Shown piece by piece: positions 20,143 to 31,200 of a DNA stretch of 64,000 nucleotides. Every line of letters begins with the position of its first letter. The first letter of the stretch is position 1. A program made the position numbers and the translations under genes. The notes beneath the pieces are model-generated. The model searched no databases and was not told the DNA's origin. It saw only the letters and a program-made list of their open reading frames with translations. The DNA is from Desulfobacteraceae bacterium UBA2245 (GTDB taxonomy: Bacteria > Desulfobacterota > Desulfobacteria > Desulfobacterales > UBA2245), in assembly GCA_002347265.1 (NCBI GenBank), contig DDYB01000032.1, positions 322,482-386,481 of the forward strand, in the 5' to 3' direction.

Positions 20143-21312
20143 TCAGATACCCGCCTTGTCTTTGAGCAGCGGCGCCATGTTGGTTTTTTCCCAGGTAAAC
20201 TCAGGTTCATTTCTTCCGAAATGCCCATACGCGGACGTCTTTCGATAGATGGGGCGAAGAAGGTCCAGATATTCGATAATGGCGGCGGGCCTTAAATCAA
20301 AGACCTCGCCGATGATCTGGCTCATTCGGCTCTCCGGAATGCGACCGGTCCCCTTGAAGTCCACCATGACCGAAACAGGACAGGCCACGCCGATGGCATA
20401 GGCGACCTGAACCTCGCATTTTTTTGCAATTCCGGCAGCGACTATGTTTTTGGCAATATGCCGGCCCATGTAAGAGGCGCTGCGGTCGACCTTGGAAGGA
20501 TCTTTGCCCGAAAAGCAACCGCCGCCGTGGCTGCCCTGTCCCCCATACGTATCCACGATGATCTTCCGGCCCGTCAGACCGCTGTCGCCCATCGGCCCGC
20601 CGATGATAAATTTTCCGGTGCTGTTGATAAAATACCGGGTATCGCCGTCAACCATGTTTCGAGGGATCACTTTTTTGATGACGTCTTCAATGATGGCCTC
20701 ACGGAGCTCCTCATAGGTGACGTCCGGTTTGTGCTGTGCGGCGATGACCACCGTATCGATCCGCTTGGGCGTGCCGTCTTCATACTCGACAGTAACCTGA
20801 GACTTGCCATCCGGCCTGAGAAAATCCAGTGCCCCGTTTTTACGAACGGTTGCCAGACGCTGGCAAAGTTTGTGGGCATACATGATGGGCATGGGCATTA
20901 ATTCCGGCGTTTCATCCGCAGCGAAACCGAACATCAGCCCCTGATCGCCCGCGCCCTGTTCCTTGTAAAGCCCCTCGCCGACATTGACGCCCTGGGCGAT
21001 GTCCGGAGACTGATGTCCGATGCTGGTAATCACCGAACAGGTCTGCCAGTCAAACCCCATCTGGGAAGAGCAGTAACCGATATCGCGTATGGTGTTTCGA
21101 ACGATCTGCGGCATATCCACATAGCAATCGGTGGTAATCTCCCCTGCAATAAAGGCCAGCCCGGTAGCCACCAGAGTTTCGCACGCCACTCTGCATCTTT
21201 TATCCTGAGCCATGATGGCATCCAGTATGGAATCCGAAATAGCATCGGCCACCTTGTCCGGATGCCCTTCGGTAACGGATTCTGACGTAAACAAAAATCT
21301 CCTGCTGCTCAT
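20143..21312 (-). CDS. metK: S-adenosylmethionine synthetase
   Basis: [40 protein letters not shown] signature blocks. Confidence 0.97.
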   Translation of the reverse strand: MSSRRFLFTSESVTEGHPDKVADAISDSILDAIMAQDKRCRVACETLVATGLAFIAGEITTDCYVDMPQIVRNTIRDIGYCSSQMGFDWQTCSVITSIGHQSPDIAQGVNVGEGLYKEQGAGDQGLMFGFAADETPELMPMPIMYAHKLCQRLATVRKNGALDFLRPDGKSQVTVEYEDGTPKRIDTVVIAAQHKPDVTYEELREAIIEDVIKKVIPRNMVDGDTRYFINSTGKFIIGGPMGDSGLTGRKIIVDTYGGQGSHGGGCFSGKDPSKVDRSASYMGRHIAKNIVAAGIAKKCEVQVAYAIGVACPVSVMVDFKGTGRIPESRMSQIIGEVFDLRPAAIIEYLDLLRPIYRKTSAYGHFGRNEPEFTWEKTNMAPLLKDKAGI

Positions 21313-21363
21313 AAATGCTCCTTTGGATGTATTCGAAATAGCGGATAAATATTTACCCGTTGC

Positions 21364-22182
21364 TTACGGCTTCAAGATCATATTGTCAATGAGGCGAGTT
21401 TTTCCGACCTTCACCGCCAGCGCCATCAAACAGGGACCTTGAATCATGTCCACATCATCCAGGGTTGCCGGATCGCAAATCGCCACGTAATCGATCTGCG
21501 TTTCAGGAAAAGAGCGGATGAAAGTTGAAATCTCCTCAACAATCCGTTTGACGTCGCGGATGTCGGCGGCAACCATTTCCTGCGCTTTTTGCAGTGAAAG
21601 GTAAAGGCACAAGGCGGATTTGCGCTGCCCTGCGGTAAGATAGGAGTTGCGGGAACTCATGGCCAAACCGCCTGCTTCCCGCAAGGTGGGGGAACCGATA
21701 ATCTGGACATCAAAATTCATATCCTCAACCATCTGTCGAATCACGGCAAGCTGCTGAAAATCCTTCTCGCCGAATACGGCCACATGCGGTTTGACGATAT
21801 TGAAGAGTTTTGATACCACAGTGGCGACTCCGCGAAAATGGGTCGGCCTGGACAGCCCGCACAGATGGCTCGGAAGTTTTTCGAGCGAAACGTATGTCTG
21901 GTAATTTTTCCCGTAGAGCTCCTCCGCAGAGGGGGTAAAAACAGCATCTCCCCCGACCTGCTCCACCAGTTCCAGATCTCTTTTCAGATTTCTCGGATAG
22001 GCTCCAAGATCTTCTCCGGGGCCAAATTGCGTCGGATTGACAAAGATGCTGACCACCAGATCGTCACACCGGCGACGCCCTTCCCGCATCAAGGACAAAT
22101 GGCCTTCATGAAGGAATCCCATGGTCGGCACAAAAGCGATTGTTCTGCCCTCGCGTCGAAGCCGGTCAGCACGGTCCTGCAT
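21364..22182 (-). CDS. panC: Pantoate--beta-alanine ligase
   Basis: FVPTMGFLHEGHLSL and FVNPTQFGPGEDL motifs. The ORF is open up to 22287, but the ATG at 22182 gives a PanC-like N-terminus. Start is uncertain. Confidence 0.85.
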   Translation of the reverse strand: MQDRADRLRREGRTIAFVPTMGFLHEGHLSLMREGRRRCDDLVVSIFVNPTQFGPGEDLGAYPRNLKRDLELVEQVGGDAVFTPSAEELYGKNYQTYVSLEKLPSHLCGLSRPTHFRGVATVVSKLFNIVKPHVAVFGEKDFQQLAVIRQMVEDMNFDVQIIGSPTLREAGGLAMSSRNSYLTAGQRKSALCLYLSLQKAQEMVAADIRDVKRIVEEISTFIRSFPETQIDYVAICDPATLDDVDMIQGPCLMALAVKVGKTRLIDNMILKP

Positions 22183-22535
22183 TTTCTTGGCGGAAGCGAT
22201 GATTTCGATAACGCAACCTCTTAATTTTTCTATATTCGTTCGTTGTATCCAGCAAAATGTCAATTTATTAGAACAATACAAATCCAAATGTCAAGAGAAG
22301 CTATTGATTTTTAGCAAAAAAGCAGCTACTTTCGCCCAGTCTTGCCCACGAAAATCGTGGTGTTTTCCTTGTTTCGAGCGCCCGAACAAATGTGGTGCAA
22401 CGGGATTATCAGGGTTGGTTTTTATGATTTATCGAATAAAAAATGGGAGATAACTTTATCGGAATGAATATTGCGTATCAAAGGCCAGGAAATTATGACG
22501 GTAACCCATTAATTCGAAATACTGAGGTATGAAAA

Positions 22536-22895
22536 GTGGAAGAGAAAGATATTCAGTTTTTTAAAAAACTTTTAAACGATCGTCTCCAAGAGCTTCTCAG
22601 CCAGGCCAACGGCACAGTCTCCGGATTAAAAGGCAATGAGGATCATTATGCAGACCCTACAGACCAGGCAGCAGCGGAAGCCGACATCAACTTCCAGCTT
22701 CGAATCAGAGACAGGGAAAACCGTCTGATTAAAAAAATTCAAACCGCCCTGGATCGAATCGAAAACGGAGTTTTTGGAATCTGTGAAACATGCGGGGATG
22801 AAATCTCTATCGAACGTCTCAAGGCCAGACCGGTCACAACCCAGTGTATTGATTGTAAATCCAAGGAAGAACGCCAGGAAAGGCTTTTTGGATAA
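22536..22895 (+). CDS. dksA: DksA/TraR-family C4 zinc-finger regulator
   Basis: Coiled-coil N-terminus, CETCGDEISIERLKARPVTTQCIDCK zinc finger. GTG start. Confidence 0.85.
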   Translation: MEEKDIQFFKKLLNDRLQELLSQANGTVSGLKGNEDHYADPTDQAAAEADINFQLRIRDRENRLIKKIQTALDRIENGVFGICETCGDEISIERLKARPVTTQCIDCKSKEERQERLFG

Positions 22896-23193
22896 AATTA
22901 TATGCCGGTTGGGCGGCAGCTATCGCGATAAACATCACCCCCTTGAGTTCTGGCTGAAAATGGCAATTCGCCGGACCTGTGCAAATGTCCGACGAATTCG
23001 TCCTTTATCTTATGCGTGCCGACGATTGATTACGATCCGGCGGAATCAGCCGGACTCATTTTTTCGGAAATGGATTCTTTTTTTCGCCGCTCACATTGCT
23101 GTTTGCCCGCAGCAACCGCCCTGGCCTTGTTTTCTGTGCGATGTTCATCCTGAAATCAAGGCATCGAAACAGCAACCGGCGGGAATTCTCCAA

Positions 23194-23490
23194 TCAGGAG
23201 TTGTCCTGTACAACCTCGTAAGAAGAAACCGTGAACACCTTGATTCCATCCTCATTCTCGACAAATCCGGTAACACGAACCCGTGTGTCGACGAATTCCA
23301 CGAGCCGATCACCTACATCGTTGACCGCAATCTCGTAAATTTGCCCATCCGCGGCTACGAGTTGATAATTGATAATCGTGCCCTCTACCGTGAGGATTTC
23401 CGAACTTGCGGCAGCAATAGTAACGAGCATCAAAACCACCGCCGCTGAAGACGCCATACCCCGTAGCCATTTATGATCCTTCATTGCCAT
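23194..23490 (-). CDS. Small secreted hypothetical protein (beta-rich)
   Basis: The ATG at 23490 gives MAMKDHKWLRGMASSAAVVLMLVTIAAASS, a signal peptide. It is preceded by a sigma-54-type promoter match. Confidence 0.5.
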   Translation of the reverse strand: MAMKDHKWLRGMASSAAVVLMLVTIAAASSEILTVEGTIINYQLVAADGQIYEIAVNDVGDRLVEFVDTRVRVTGFVENEDGIKVFTVSSYEVVQDNS

Positions 23491-23543
23491 ACCCTTTAAA
23501 ATTTTAAAATGTTGATAATGATGCGCCCAATAGATTTTTATCA

Positions 23544-23559
23544 AGCAAAAGGTATACCA
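23544..23559 (-). promoter_or_regulatory. Candidate sigma-54 promoter
   Basis: The minus strand reads TGGTATACCTTTTGCT, with GG-N10-GC spacing and a TTGC -12 element. It sits ~55 nt upstream of the ATG at 23490 and downstream of a sigma-54 activator gene. Confidence 0.4.
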
Positions 23560-23703
23560 ATGAACAACCATTTGATATCATAAGAAAATTAACGGATAAA
23601 ATCCATATCAGAACTTTTAGTTCCGTTTGTGTTTCAATCCAATCAATCGTTTTGGGTTATGGCCATAAGAACCTTCCAGACTTGTAAGCAAAAAAGCAGG
23701 CTG

Positions 23704-23734
23704 CAGATAAAAGAACTCAAAGTTCTTTTATCTG
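23704..23734. terminator. Perfect 13 bp palindrome (terminator of the activator gene and/or activator binding site)
   Basis: cagataaaagaac-tcaaa-gttcttttatctg. On the minus strand a T6 run follows 9 nt later. Confidence 0.4.
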
Positions 23735-23806
23735 ATATTCAGAATTAATTATTCCGATTTTAAAGCGAATTCCGCCTGAAAAGCCCGGGCCCATGAAAAA
23801 TAGATA

Positions 23807-25231
23807 TTATTTGCGTGTTTTAAAGATTTCTTTTTGAATTCCGTATCTCTTCATCAACTTGTGCAGCTGGCGGGTGGTCATCCCCGCCGCAGCCGCCGAC
23901 TCATTGATTTTTCCATGTTTCCGGGTCAACAGCTCCTTTAAGTACTGCTGTTCGATATGCTCCACGGCATTTCGCCGTGCCTCAGACAAACTGATGCGTG
24001 TATCCAGATGAAAAGCCGCCCGGTGCCCGGCCGGCTCGATGATATCTGCCGGAAAACTGGATGGTGAAAGCAGTGAAGAGTTCTCCAGAATAAAGGCGCG
24101 CTCAATTAAATTTTCAAGCTCTCGAATGTTTCCGGGCCACGAATAGCGAATTAATGCCTCCATAACGCTTTGTTCGCAGCCATAAATCTGTTTCGGATAA
24201 AATCGGTTCAGCTTTTTCAGAAACAATTCCACAAAAACCGGAACATCCTCTCGTCTGTCCCGCAAAGGCGGAATCTCGACGGGAAAGACGTTTAAACGAT
24301 AATAAAGGTCCCGACGAAATCTTCCCTGGTCGCACATGATTTTTAAATCCGTGTTGGTCGCCGAAATAACCCTTACATCCGCTTCAAGGCACTGCTCGCC
24401 TCCCAGTCTCTGAAAAATGCTATCCTGTAATATCTGCAATAGCTTGATCTGGGCCGAAGGGGTGATGGTTCCAATCTCATCCAGAAAAATCGTTCCGCCC
24501 TTGGCCACTTCGAATCTGCCCATCTTCCGGCGGATCGCGCCGGTAAATGCGCCCTTCTCGTGGCCGAAAAGCTCGCTTTCAAGCAGCGTGTCCGGAATAG
24601 CGCCGCAATGCACACTGATAAACGGCGTGTTCTGGCGCCGACTGTGGCGATGGATCAATTTGGCCATCACCCCTTTTCCCGTACCGGTTTCTCCGCTCAG
24701 CAGAACGGTGCTCCGGGTTGGCGCAACTGATTTGATTTTATCAAAAACCGCCCGCATCAAAGTGCTCCGGGTTTGAACCATCTCCAGAGAATCGCTGTCC
24801 CAAAACTGATCCCGAAGATAATCCAGTTCGGACCTTACCAATAAAGACTGATAAATGCTTTCGACTACGTAACTGACCTCATGCGTATTGATCGGGTAGG
24901 TCAAATAATTGCTGGCGCCCGCCTTTACGGCCATGACGGCTTCACGAATCAAATCATTCGGAACCAGAACCACCAAAGTAGCGGCGGGATTGGCCTCCCA
25001 GAAAGGCTGCAGATTTTTTTTGTAATCCGAATTTGTTCCGGAAATTTGCAGCATCTCCAGATCAACGAAAACAAATTCATACCGCCTGGCCCGAAACATG
25101 TCCATGAGCTGGGACTTGCTGCGGGCGCATTCCACCTGATATCGGGATTTCAGACTCGTCCGAATGCCGTCAACCGCAACGCGGTTTTCAGATGCAACCA
25201 GGGCATATTTCATCCGTTCCTCCCTTGACAC
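23807..25231 (-). CDS. Sigma-54-dependent Fis-family response regulator (NtrC-like)
   Basis: Receiver domain, AAA+ motifs GETGTGKGVMAKLIH and ESELFGHEKGAFTGA (GAFTGA), C-terminal HTH. Confidence 0.9.
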   Translation of the reverse strand: MSREERMKYALVASENRVAVDGIRTSLKSRYQVECARSKSQLMDMFRARRYEFVFVDLEMLQISGTNSDYKKNLQPFWEANPAATLVVLVPNDLIREAVMAVKAGASNYLTYPINTHEVSYVVESIYQSLLVRSELDYLRDQFWDSDSLEMVQTRSTLMRAVFDKIKSVAPTRSTVLLSGETGTGKGVMAKLIHRHSRRQNTPFISVHCGAIPDTLLESELFGHEKGAFTGAIRRKMGRFEVAKGGTIFLDEIGTITPSAQIKLLQILQDSIFQRLGGEQCLEADVRVISATNTDLKIMCDQGRFRRDLYYRLNVFPVEIPPLRDRREDVPVFVELFLKKLNRFYPKQIYGCEQSVMEALIRYSWPGNIRELENLIERAFILENSSLLSPSSFPADIIEPAGHRAAFHLDTRISLSEARRNAVEHIEQQYLKELLTRKHGKINESAAAAGMTTRQLHKLMKRYGIQKEIFKTRK

Positions 25232-25642
25232 TCATCGCGTTCATCCGATGGACACTCAGCATATCGCCGACTTGCTGCAATACAAAAACCCATGACCAGC
25301 CCGTTCTCATCCCTTCAAAACAACCGTCCTTTTATTTTTATAGAACTTTTGAACATAAAACAGACCCATCCGAAAAAAATCAAGCGTAAAACCTTGCACA
25401 CAGCCCTCGAAAAGCCGCCGAGGAAATCCTGCCTTCATGGAATATTGCATTATGCGGAAAGTGTATTTCGGGCTAAATAGCCCATAGTCGACCGGGTGTC
25501 AACGGATCTTGCGCATACAATCAGGGTAACCGCATCTGGAAATCAGCCGTCTGAAATTTTCATCAGGTACTTGTTCTCCCATCCGGCTCTGAGCCGTTTG
25601 GATTTGACGCTTTTTTTCAGAGGCGTTTCTTTTTTATCATGT

Positions 25643-25936
25643 TCAAGGCAACATGCCTGAGCACCGCGACGTTTTCCGGGGCATTATCCTTTCTGACCCT
25701 GCTGTCGTCTTTATTGCATCGATGGTCCCAACGCATCCTTCAGTTGCCGGAATCTTCAAAAGCTGAGGAAGCTCCAGGAACCCTCTAATCCATTCATGTT
25801 TTGCCCAACCGAATTCGGCAATATGTTCAAAGCTGTCTGAATTGGCGATAACGCCGCATATTGCGATCGCTATGCAAAAAAATCCAAATGCGGTTACCCT
25901 GCGATGTTTCAGGATTGCGGTTGACGCCTGAAACAT
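25643..25936 (-). pseudogene. N-terminal remnant of an ISAs1-family transposase
   Basis: HRRVTAFGFFCIAIAICGVIANSDSFEHIAEFGWAKHEWIRGFLELP matches the DDE_Tnp_1-associated N-domain pattern of ISAs1/H-repeat transposases. No DDE domain follows. Confidence 0.55.
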
Positions 25937-26011
25937 CGTATGATAATTTTATTTTTGATCCAACGGATTATATCAAGCGAATCAATGACTTCTATCTTCG
26001 GAGGCGTCTGA

Positions 26012-26725
26012 ATGGCACTGGTGGAATATAAGATGGACGAGCATGTGGCGGTCATATCGATGAACAGCGGCGACAACCGCCTGAACCCGCAATTTCTGGA
26101 AGCTTTTCATGACGTTTTAAATACGGTTGAAAAGCAGACCGATGCCAGAGTCCTGGTGGTCCGGTCGTCCCATGATAAGATTTTTTCAAACGGGCTGGAT
26201 CTGGACTGGCTGTCTCCGTTGATTGCAAGGAGCGATCATGAGGCTGTGAAGGATTTTTTTGTGCTGCTCAACCGTCTTTTCAAGCGGATTTTGCTTTATC
26301 CCGCCATTACCATTGCCGCGTTGACCGGGCATGCATTTGCCGGCGGCGCCATTCTCGCCTGTGCGTTCGATTTCCGGTTCATGCGCTCCGATCGTGGATT
26401 TTTCTGCTTTCCAGAGGTCGATCTGGGAATTCCTTTTTTTCCCGGCATGCTGGCCTTGATCAAAAAAGCCGTTCCCATGTACAAGTTTGAGGAAATGCAG
26501 TACACCGCCAAACGGTTGACCGCCCAGGAATGTATGGACCACCACATCGTGCACCAGACTTTTCACATGGATCAGCTGATGCGCGAGGTTCTTTCCTTTG
26601 CCAAAGACCTCAATAAAAACAGGGAAATTATCCGCGAAATGAAAAAACGCCTGTACAAGAATGTCGTGCATGCGCTGGATGTGGAAGATACGCCCTATAT
26701 CGAAGCCGGAAAATTTCATATTTAA
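26012..26725 (+). CDS. Enoyl-CoA hydratase/isomerase (crotonase) family protein
   Basis: Crotonase-fold pattern: FSNGLDL, AALTGHAFAGGAILACAFD, FPEVDLGI. Confidence 0.8.
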   Translation: MALVEYKMDEHVAVISMNSGDNRLNPQFLEAFHDVLNTVEKQTDARVLVVRSSHDKIFSNGLDLDWLSPLIARSDHEAVKDFFVLLNRLFKRILLYPAITIAALTGHAFAGGAILACAFDFRFMRSDRGFFCFPEVDLGIPFFPGMLALIKKAVPMYKFEEMQYTAKRLTAQECMDHHIVHQTFHMDQLMREVLSFAKDLNKNREIIREMKKRLYKNVVHALDVEDTPYIEAGKFHI

Positions 26726-26819
26726 TGGTTCTCTGATACAATTGAAGCGACAGGGTCGGTTGGCTTAAAATTCCGGGTTTTCAGAAAACCAGGCCGGAGC
26801 CTGTTTTCTGATTGAAAGG

Positions 26820-27734
26820 ATGACGGCAATGAAGATATTGATTGCGGGCGGACTTGGATTTGTCGGTACGGCATTGACCCGATATTTTCTCGAAACCGGT
26901 CATCAGGTGGTTGCCACCGGCACACGGCCCAGACAAAGCCAGATTTTTAACGACCGTTTTTTGTATGTTCCGGCAGACACCACGCGCCCGGGGGCCTGGC
27001 AGGAGGCGCTCAGGGATATGGATGCCGTGGTGAACCTGGCCGGGCGTCCCATATTCCAGAAATGGGATGCGGCTTACAAACAGTCGATTTATGACAGCCG
27101 GATTCTGACCACCCGCAATCTGGTGGAAGGGCTGTCTGCAAATTCAGGCAAACCGACCCTGATCAGCACTTCGGCTGTCGGATATTATGGAGACCGGAAA
27201 GACGATCTTTTGACCGAATCCGATCCTCCGGGGAGCGGCTTTCTGGCAAGTGTATGCAGGGACTGGGAAGCCGAGGCGCTCCGTGCCGAGAATAACGGCG
27301 CGCGGGTTGTGACCACGCGTTTCGGCGTGGTTCTGGCCGACGACGGCGGGGCTCTGACCAAGATGATTCAGGTTTTCCGCTTTTACGCGGGAGGTCCGGC
27401 AGGATCCGGACGTCAGTGGTTTTCCTGGATTCACCGCCATGATCTGATTCGCGCCATGGCCTTTGTTCTGGAACATTCCGATATTCGAGGGCCGGTCAAT
27501 TTCTGCAGCCCCGAGCCGACGCGAAACGGTGATTTTGCCAAAATATTAGGGAAGGTGCTTCGAAAGCCCGCTTTTCTCAGGACCCCCGGTATAATGCTGC
27601 GTCTGGTGCTGGGAGAATTCGGCTCAACATTGCTGCAAAGCCAGCGGGTGACCCCTCGAGTGCTCATGAATGCCGGATTTGACTTTCAATTTCCGAATGC
27701 CCTTGCAGCCCTTTCAAATCTGGTTCGGACTTAA
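26820..27734 (+). CDS. TIGR01777/YfcH-type NAD-dependent epimerase-family protein (with DUF1731 C-terminus)
   Basis: Rossmann motif ILIAGGLGFVGTAL; GSGRQWFSWIHRHDL; C-terminal LLQSQRVTPRVLMNAGFDFQFP. Confidence 0.8.
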   Translation: MTAMKILIAGGLGFVGTALTRYFLETGHQVVATGTRPRQSQIFNDRFLYVPADTTRPGAWQEALRDMDAVVNLAGRPIFQKWDAAYKQSIYDSRILTTRNLVEGLSANSGKPTLISTSAVGYYGDRKDDLLTESDPPGSGFLASVCRDWEAEALRAENNGARVVTTRFGVVLADDGGALTKMIQVFRFYAGGPAGSGRQWFSWIHRHDLIRAMAFVLEHSDIRGPVNFCSPEPTRNGDFAKILGKVLRKPAFLRTPGIMLRLVLGEFGSTLLQSQRVTPRVLMNAGFDFQFPNALAALSNLVRT

Positions 27735-27854
27735 TTTTATCCTTTTTTCTTAAATTTTCTTCCGGGTTTTCAGGCGTCATTGAAAGCCTGAAAAGGAAGA
27801 TTTTGTTTTTGCGGTCGCGATTGTAAATCATCGGAAGACTTTTCAGAGACCGAT

Positions 27855-29936
27855 ATGGCTCCCAACTCGCTGATTCATGAAAAAAGCCCGTACCTGCTTC
27901 AGCACGCGCACAATCCGGTCGACTGGCGTCCCTGGAATCAAGCGGCTTTTGATCTGGCCCAGGCCGGGGCAAAGCCGATTTTCCTTTCCATCGGATATGC
28001 TTCCTGTCACTGGTGCCATGTCATGGAAAAAGATTCGTTCGAAGACGCCGGCATGGCCGCGCTTCTGAATGACGCCTTTGTCTGCATCAAGGTGGACCGG
28101 GAGGAACGTCCCGACATCGATGCGATCTATATGACCGCATGTCAGATGCTGAACAAAGCAGGAGGATGGCCTCTTACGGCGTTTCTCACTCCCGACGGAA
28201 AACCGTTTTATGTCGCCACCTTTATTCCCAGGGAAAGCCGGTTGGGACAGACCGGTCTTATGGAGCTTTGCCGAAGGATCAAGGGCCTTTGGGCCGATGA
28301 GCGCGAAAAGATTACCGCCGCCGCCGAACAGATCGCCGCCGGTCTGAAAAAAGCCTTCGTTTTCGAGCCTGGCACGGCGCCGGACGCGGCATCGCTCGAT
28401 GCGGCCTTCAACCATCTGGTCCAAGGTTATGATCCGGTCTTTGGCGGATTTTCGCCGGCGCCGAAATTTCCGACTGTAAGCCGACTCCTTTTTTTAATGC
28501 GGTATTTCCGGAGCACCGGCAACTCCATGGCCCTGGAAATGGTCGTGCGTACACTGCGGGCGATGCGAACGGGAGGCATCTGGGACCATGTCGGCTTCGG
28601 TTTTCACCGTTACTCGGTGGATGAAAAATGGCTGATTCCGCATTTTGAAAAGATGCTTTACGACCAGGCCCTGGCGGCAATGGCGTACCTGGAAGCCTGG
28701 CAGTGTACCCGGGTTCCGCTGTTTTCACAGACCGCCGAAGAAATCTTTGCCTATGCGCTTAGCGATCTGAGATCCGAAGAAGGGGCCTTTTATTCGGCCG
28801 AGGATGCGGACAGCGAGAGCCGGGAAGGAGCCTTCTATCTCTGGCGGATTGAAGAATTTGAAAAGCTTTTTTCTTCGGAAGAGGCGGATTTGTGGAAGTC
28901 CGCTTTCGGGCTGAGCCGTGCGGGGAATTTTACCGATGAAGCCTTCGGCCGTCAAACCGGGACCAATATTTTACGCCTGAACGCGCCTTTGGACGCGCTG
29001 GCCGGCGATTTCGGAATGTCTGTCGAGGCCTTGGAAAAACGCTGGCAACAGGCGCGAAAGATTTTGCTCGCGGTGCGGGAAAAGCGGGTGCGCCCTTTTC
29101 GCGATGAGAAAATTCTGGCCGACTGGAACGGCCTGATGGCCGCGGCCCTGGCCGCAGGCGGACGCATCCTCGACAGGCCGCCGCATGTCGCGTCGGCCCG
29201 TAAAACCGTGTCTTTTCTGATCAATCAGATGGGAGACGGCAAGGGGGGGCTGTATCATCGCTATTTTCAAGGTCAGGCCGCAGTGGAAGGTTTTGCCGAC
29301 GATTACGCCTTTTTGATTCTGGCCCTTCTGGAGCTTTACCGGGCGACTCTGAATCCGGATTACGGCATTCTTGCCGAAGATTTTCAAATAAAGATGGTGG
29401 ATCGGTTCTGGGATGCCCAACGGGGCGGATTTTTTACGACAGCCCATGACGACGGAATTGTCCGGCCCAAGATTCTCTACGGCGGCGCGGTTCCATCGGC
29501 CAATGCCGCAGCCTATGCCAATCTGCTCCGTCTGGCCCGGCTGACGCGGAACCCGCTGTGGGGACAAAAGGCCGGGGAAATGGCCGCAGCCTTCGGAGGG
29601 AGTATCCGTTTCGGCCCGGAAACGTATGCGGATTTTATGACCGGCGTGGACTTTGCGGTTAATCCTGGAACGCAGGGCATTCTGATCTGCCAGGCGCACA
29701 CGCCGGCGGTTGCAGCGCTTTTAAAATCGCTGAACGCAGTGTATGCGCCCGGCAGCACCATCTGGCTTAAAACTTCTGAAAACGCCGACACCCTGGGACG
29801 GATGGCGGATTTTACACGGGGTTTTCCCTGCGGGAAGGCTCTGGAAAGCCGGCTTTTCGGGCCGGACGGGCAGTGGAATCAGGTCTCGCCCGATCAATGG
29901 GTTGCGGCGTTTGATCGATCTTCGGTTATTTTATAA
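27855..29936 (+). CDS. Thioredoxin-domain protein of the DUF255/YyaL family with (alpha/alpha)6 barrel
   Basis: N-terminus [17 protein letters not shown]...[14 protein letters not shown] is the family hallmark. 693 aa. Confidence 0.85.
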   Translation: MAPNSLIHEKSPYLLQHAHNPVDWRPWNQAAFDLAQAGAKPIFLSIGYASCHWCHVMEKDSFEDAGMAALLNDAFVCIKVDREERPDIDAIYMTACQMLNKAGGWPLTAFLTPDGKPFYVATFIPRESRLGQTGLMELCRRIKGLWADEREKITAAAEQIAAGLKKAFVFEPGTAPDAASLDAAFNHLVQGYDPVFGGFSPAPKFPTVSRLLFLMRYFRSTGNSMALEMVVRTLRAMRTGGIWDHVGFGFHRYSVDEKWLIPHFEKMLYDQALAAMAYLEAWQCTRVPLFSQTAEEIFAYALSDLRSEEGAFYSAEDADSESREGAFYLWRIEEFEKLFSSEEADLWKSAFGLSRAGNFTDEAFGRQTGTNILRLNAPLDALAGDFGMSVEALEKRWQQARKILLAVREKRVRPFRDEKILADWNGLMAAALAAGGRILDRPPHVASARKTVSFLINQMGDGKGGLYHRYFQGQAAVEGFADDYAFLILALLELYRATLNPDYGILAEDFQIKMVDRFWDAQRGGFFTTAHDDGIVRPKILYGGAVPSANAAAYANLLRLARLTRNPLWGQKAGEMAAAFGGSIRFGPETYADFMTGVDFAVNPGTQGILICQAHTPAVAALLKSLNAVYAPGSTIWLKTSENADTLGRMADFTRGFPCGKALESRLFGPDGQWNQVSPDQWVAAFDRSSVIL

Positions 29937-29994
29937 AAATAGCCTCGAACCGGTTTGAGCTTCCTGCGATCGCGGAGCGGACGATTTAAAGAAA

Positions 29995-30663
29995 GTGAGC
30001 GCGATGATTCGTACAGTTTTGTTGGATTACGGAGGAGTCCTGGCCGAGGAAGGTTTCAAGGCGGGGCTGTTTCATATTGCCCGGAACAACGGCCGGGATC
30101 CGGATGAATTGATACGGACGGCATTTTCTCTGGTCTACGAGCTTGGATTTGTTACCGGTATGACGAGATCCGATCGGTTCTGGAGCGCTCTTCGCGATCA
30201 GACGGGCATTACAGGCAAGGATGAGCAGTTGACCGAGGCCGTGCTTTCCCGGTTCGTGCTCAGACCCTGGATGCTGGAGACGGTTCGCATCTTGAGAGAG
30301 AACGGAGTGCTTGCGGGAATTTTAAGCGATCAGTGCCACTGGCTCGATGAACTGAACGATAGAGACGGATTTTTCAGCTCTTTTGATTTCGTGTTCAATT
30401 CGTTTCATACGGGACGGACCAAAAAAGATCCGGGAACCTTTGCCTACGTGCTTGAAAAGATCGGTGCAGCGCCCGACCAGGCGGTTTTTGTGGACGATCA
30501 CCAGGCCCATGTCGAACGCGCACGCGCTCAGGGATTAAATGCAATTTTCTATACGAATCGCCGGGAGTTTTTTCAAAGTCTTCGAGGTTTTTTTCCGGAA
30601 ACAGACTTTGCATCGGCTGAAAAATTTCAATCGCACAACCCGTCAGCCGATAAAACTGATTGA
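29995..30663 (+). CDS. HAD-superfamily hydrolase
   Basis: Motif I LLDYGGVL, later ILSDQ and FVDDH. GTG at 29995, or ATG at 30004. Confidence 0.7.
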   Translation: MSAMIRTVLLDYGGVLAEEGFKAGLFHIARNNGRDPDELIRTAFSLVYELGFVTGMTRSDRFWSALRDQTGITGKDEQLTEAVLSRFVLRPWMLETVRILRENGVLAGILSDQCHWLDELNDRDGFFSSFDFVFNSFHTGRTKKDPGTFAYVLEKIGAAPDQAVFVDDHQAHVERARAQGLNAIFYTNRREFFQSLRGFFPETDFASAEKFQSHNPSADKTD

Positions 30664-30756
30664 TATGTCCGGAATGAAAGATTTATACTATACTTAAATT
30701 TCTCAATGCGCGATGATGTGGGAAAAAGGATATTCGCAGAATAACAGGAGGCCGTC

Positions 30757-31065
30757 ATGAGCATCAAGAAACAGTACCTGAAGAGCAAGCCCGTTTGCAA
30801 GGTCACTTTTTGTCTTCCCAAGGAAGCGGCCCGATCCGCCAACCAGGTCAATATCGTTGGAGAATTCAATGACTGGGATGTCCGCGCCACGCCAATGAAA
30901 AAGCTGAAAAACGGCAACTTTACCGTTACTCTGGATCTGGAAGCGGGCAGGGAGTATCAGTACCGTTACCTGATTGATGAAAAGTACTGGGAAAACGACT
31001 GGTGCGCCGATAATTACGTCCGGGCGCCTTTTGGAAATAGCGACAACTCGGTGGTGATCGTCTGA
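30757..31065 (+). CDS. Stand-alone CBM48/AMPK-beta-like glycogen-binding domain protein
   Basis: VTFCLPKEAA...VNIVGEFNDWD...MKKLKNGNFTVTLDLEAGREYQYRYLID...W. Confidence 0.7.
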   Translation: MSIKKQYLKSKPVCKVTFCLPKEAARSANQVNIVGEFNDWDVRATPMKKLKNGNFTVTLDLEAGREYQYRYLIDEKYWENDWCADNYVRAPFGNSDNSVVIV

Positions 31066-31200
31066 AATGCCTTGTTTGGACGATTGATGGAATATCAGGG
31101 GGCGTATTGAGGTTAAATGCCCCGTCATTGATTTCCGCATTCAAATTCAAGCGGGTGTCTCCGATCCGGGGCGTCTGTCCGCAAGGGTTTCCAATATCCT

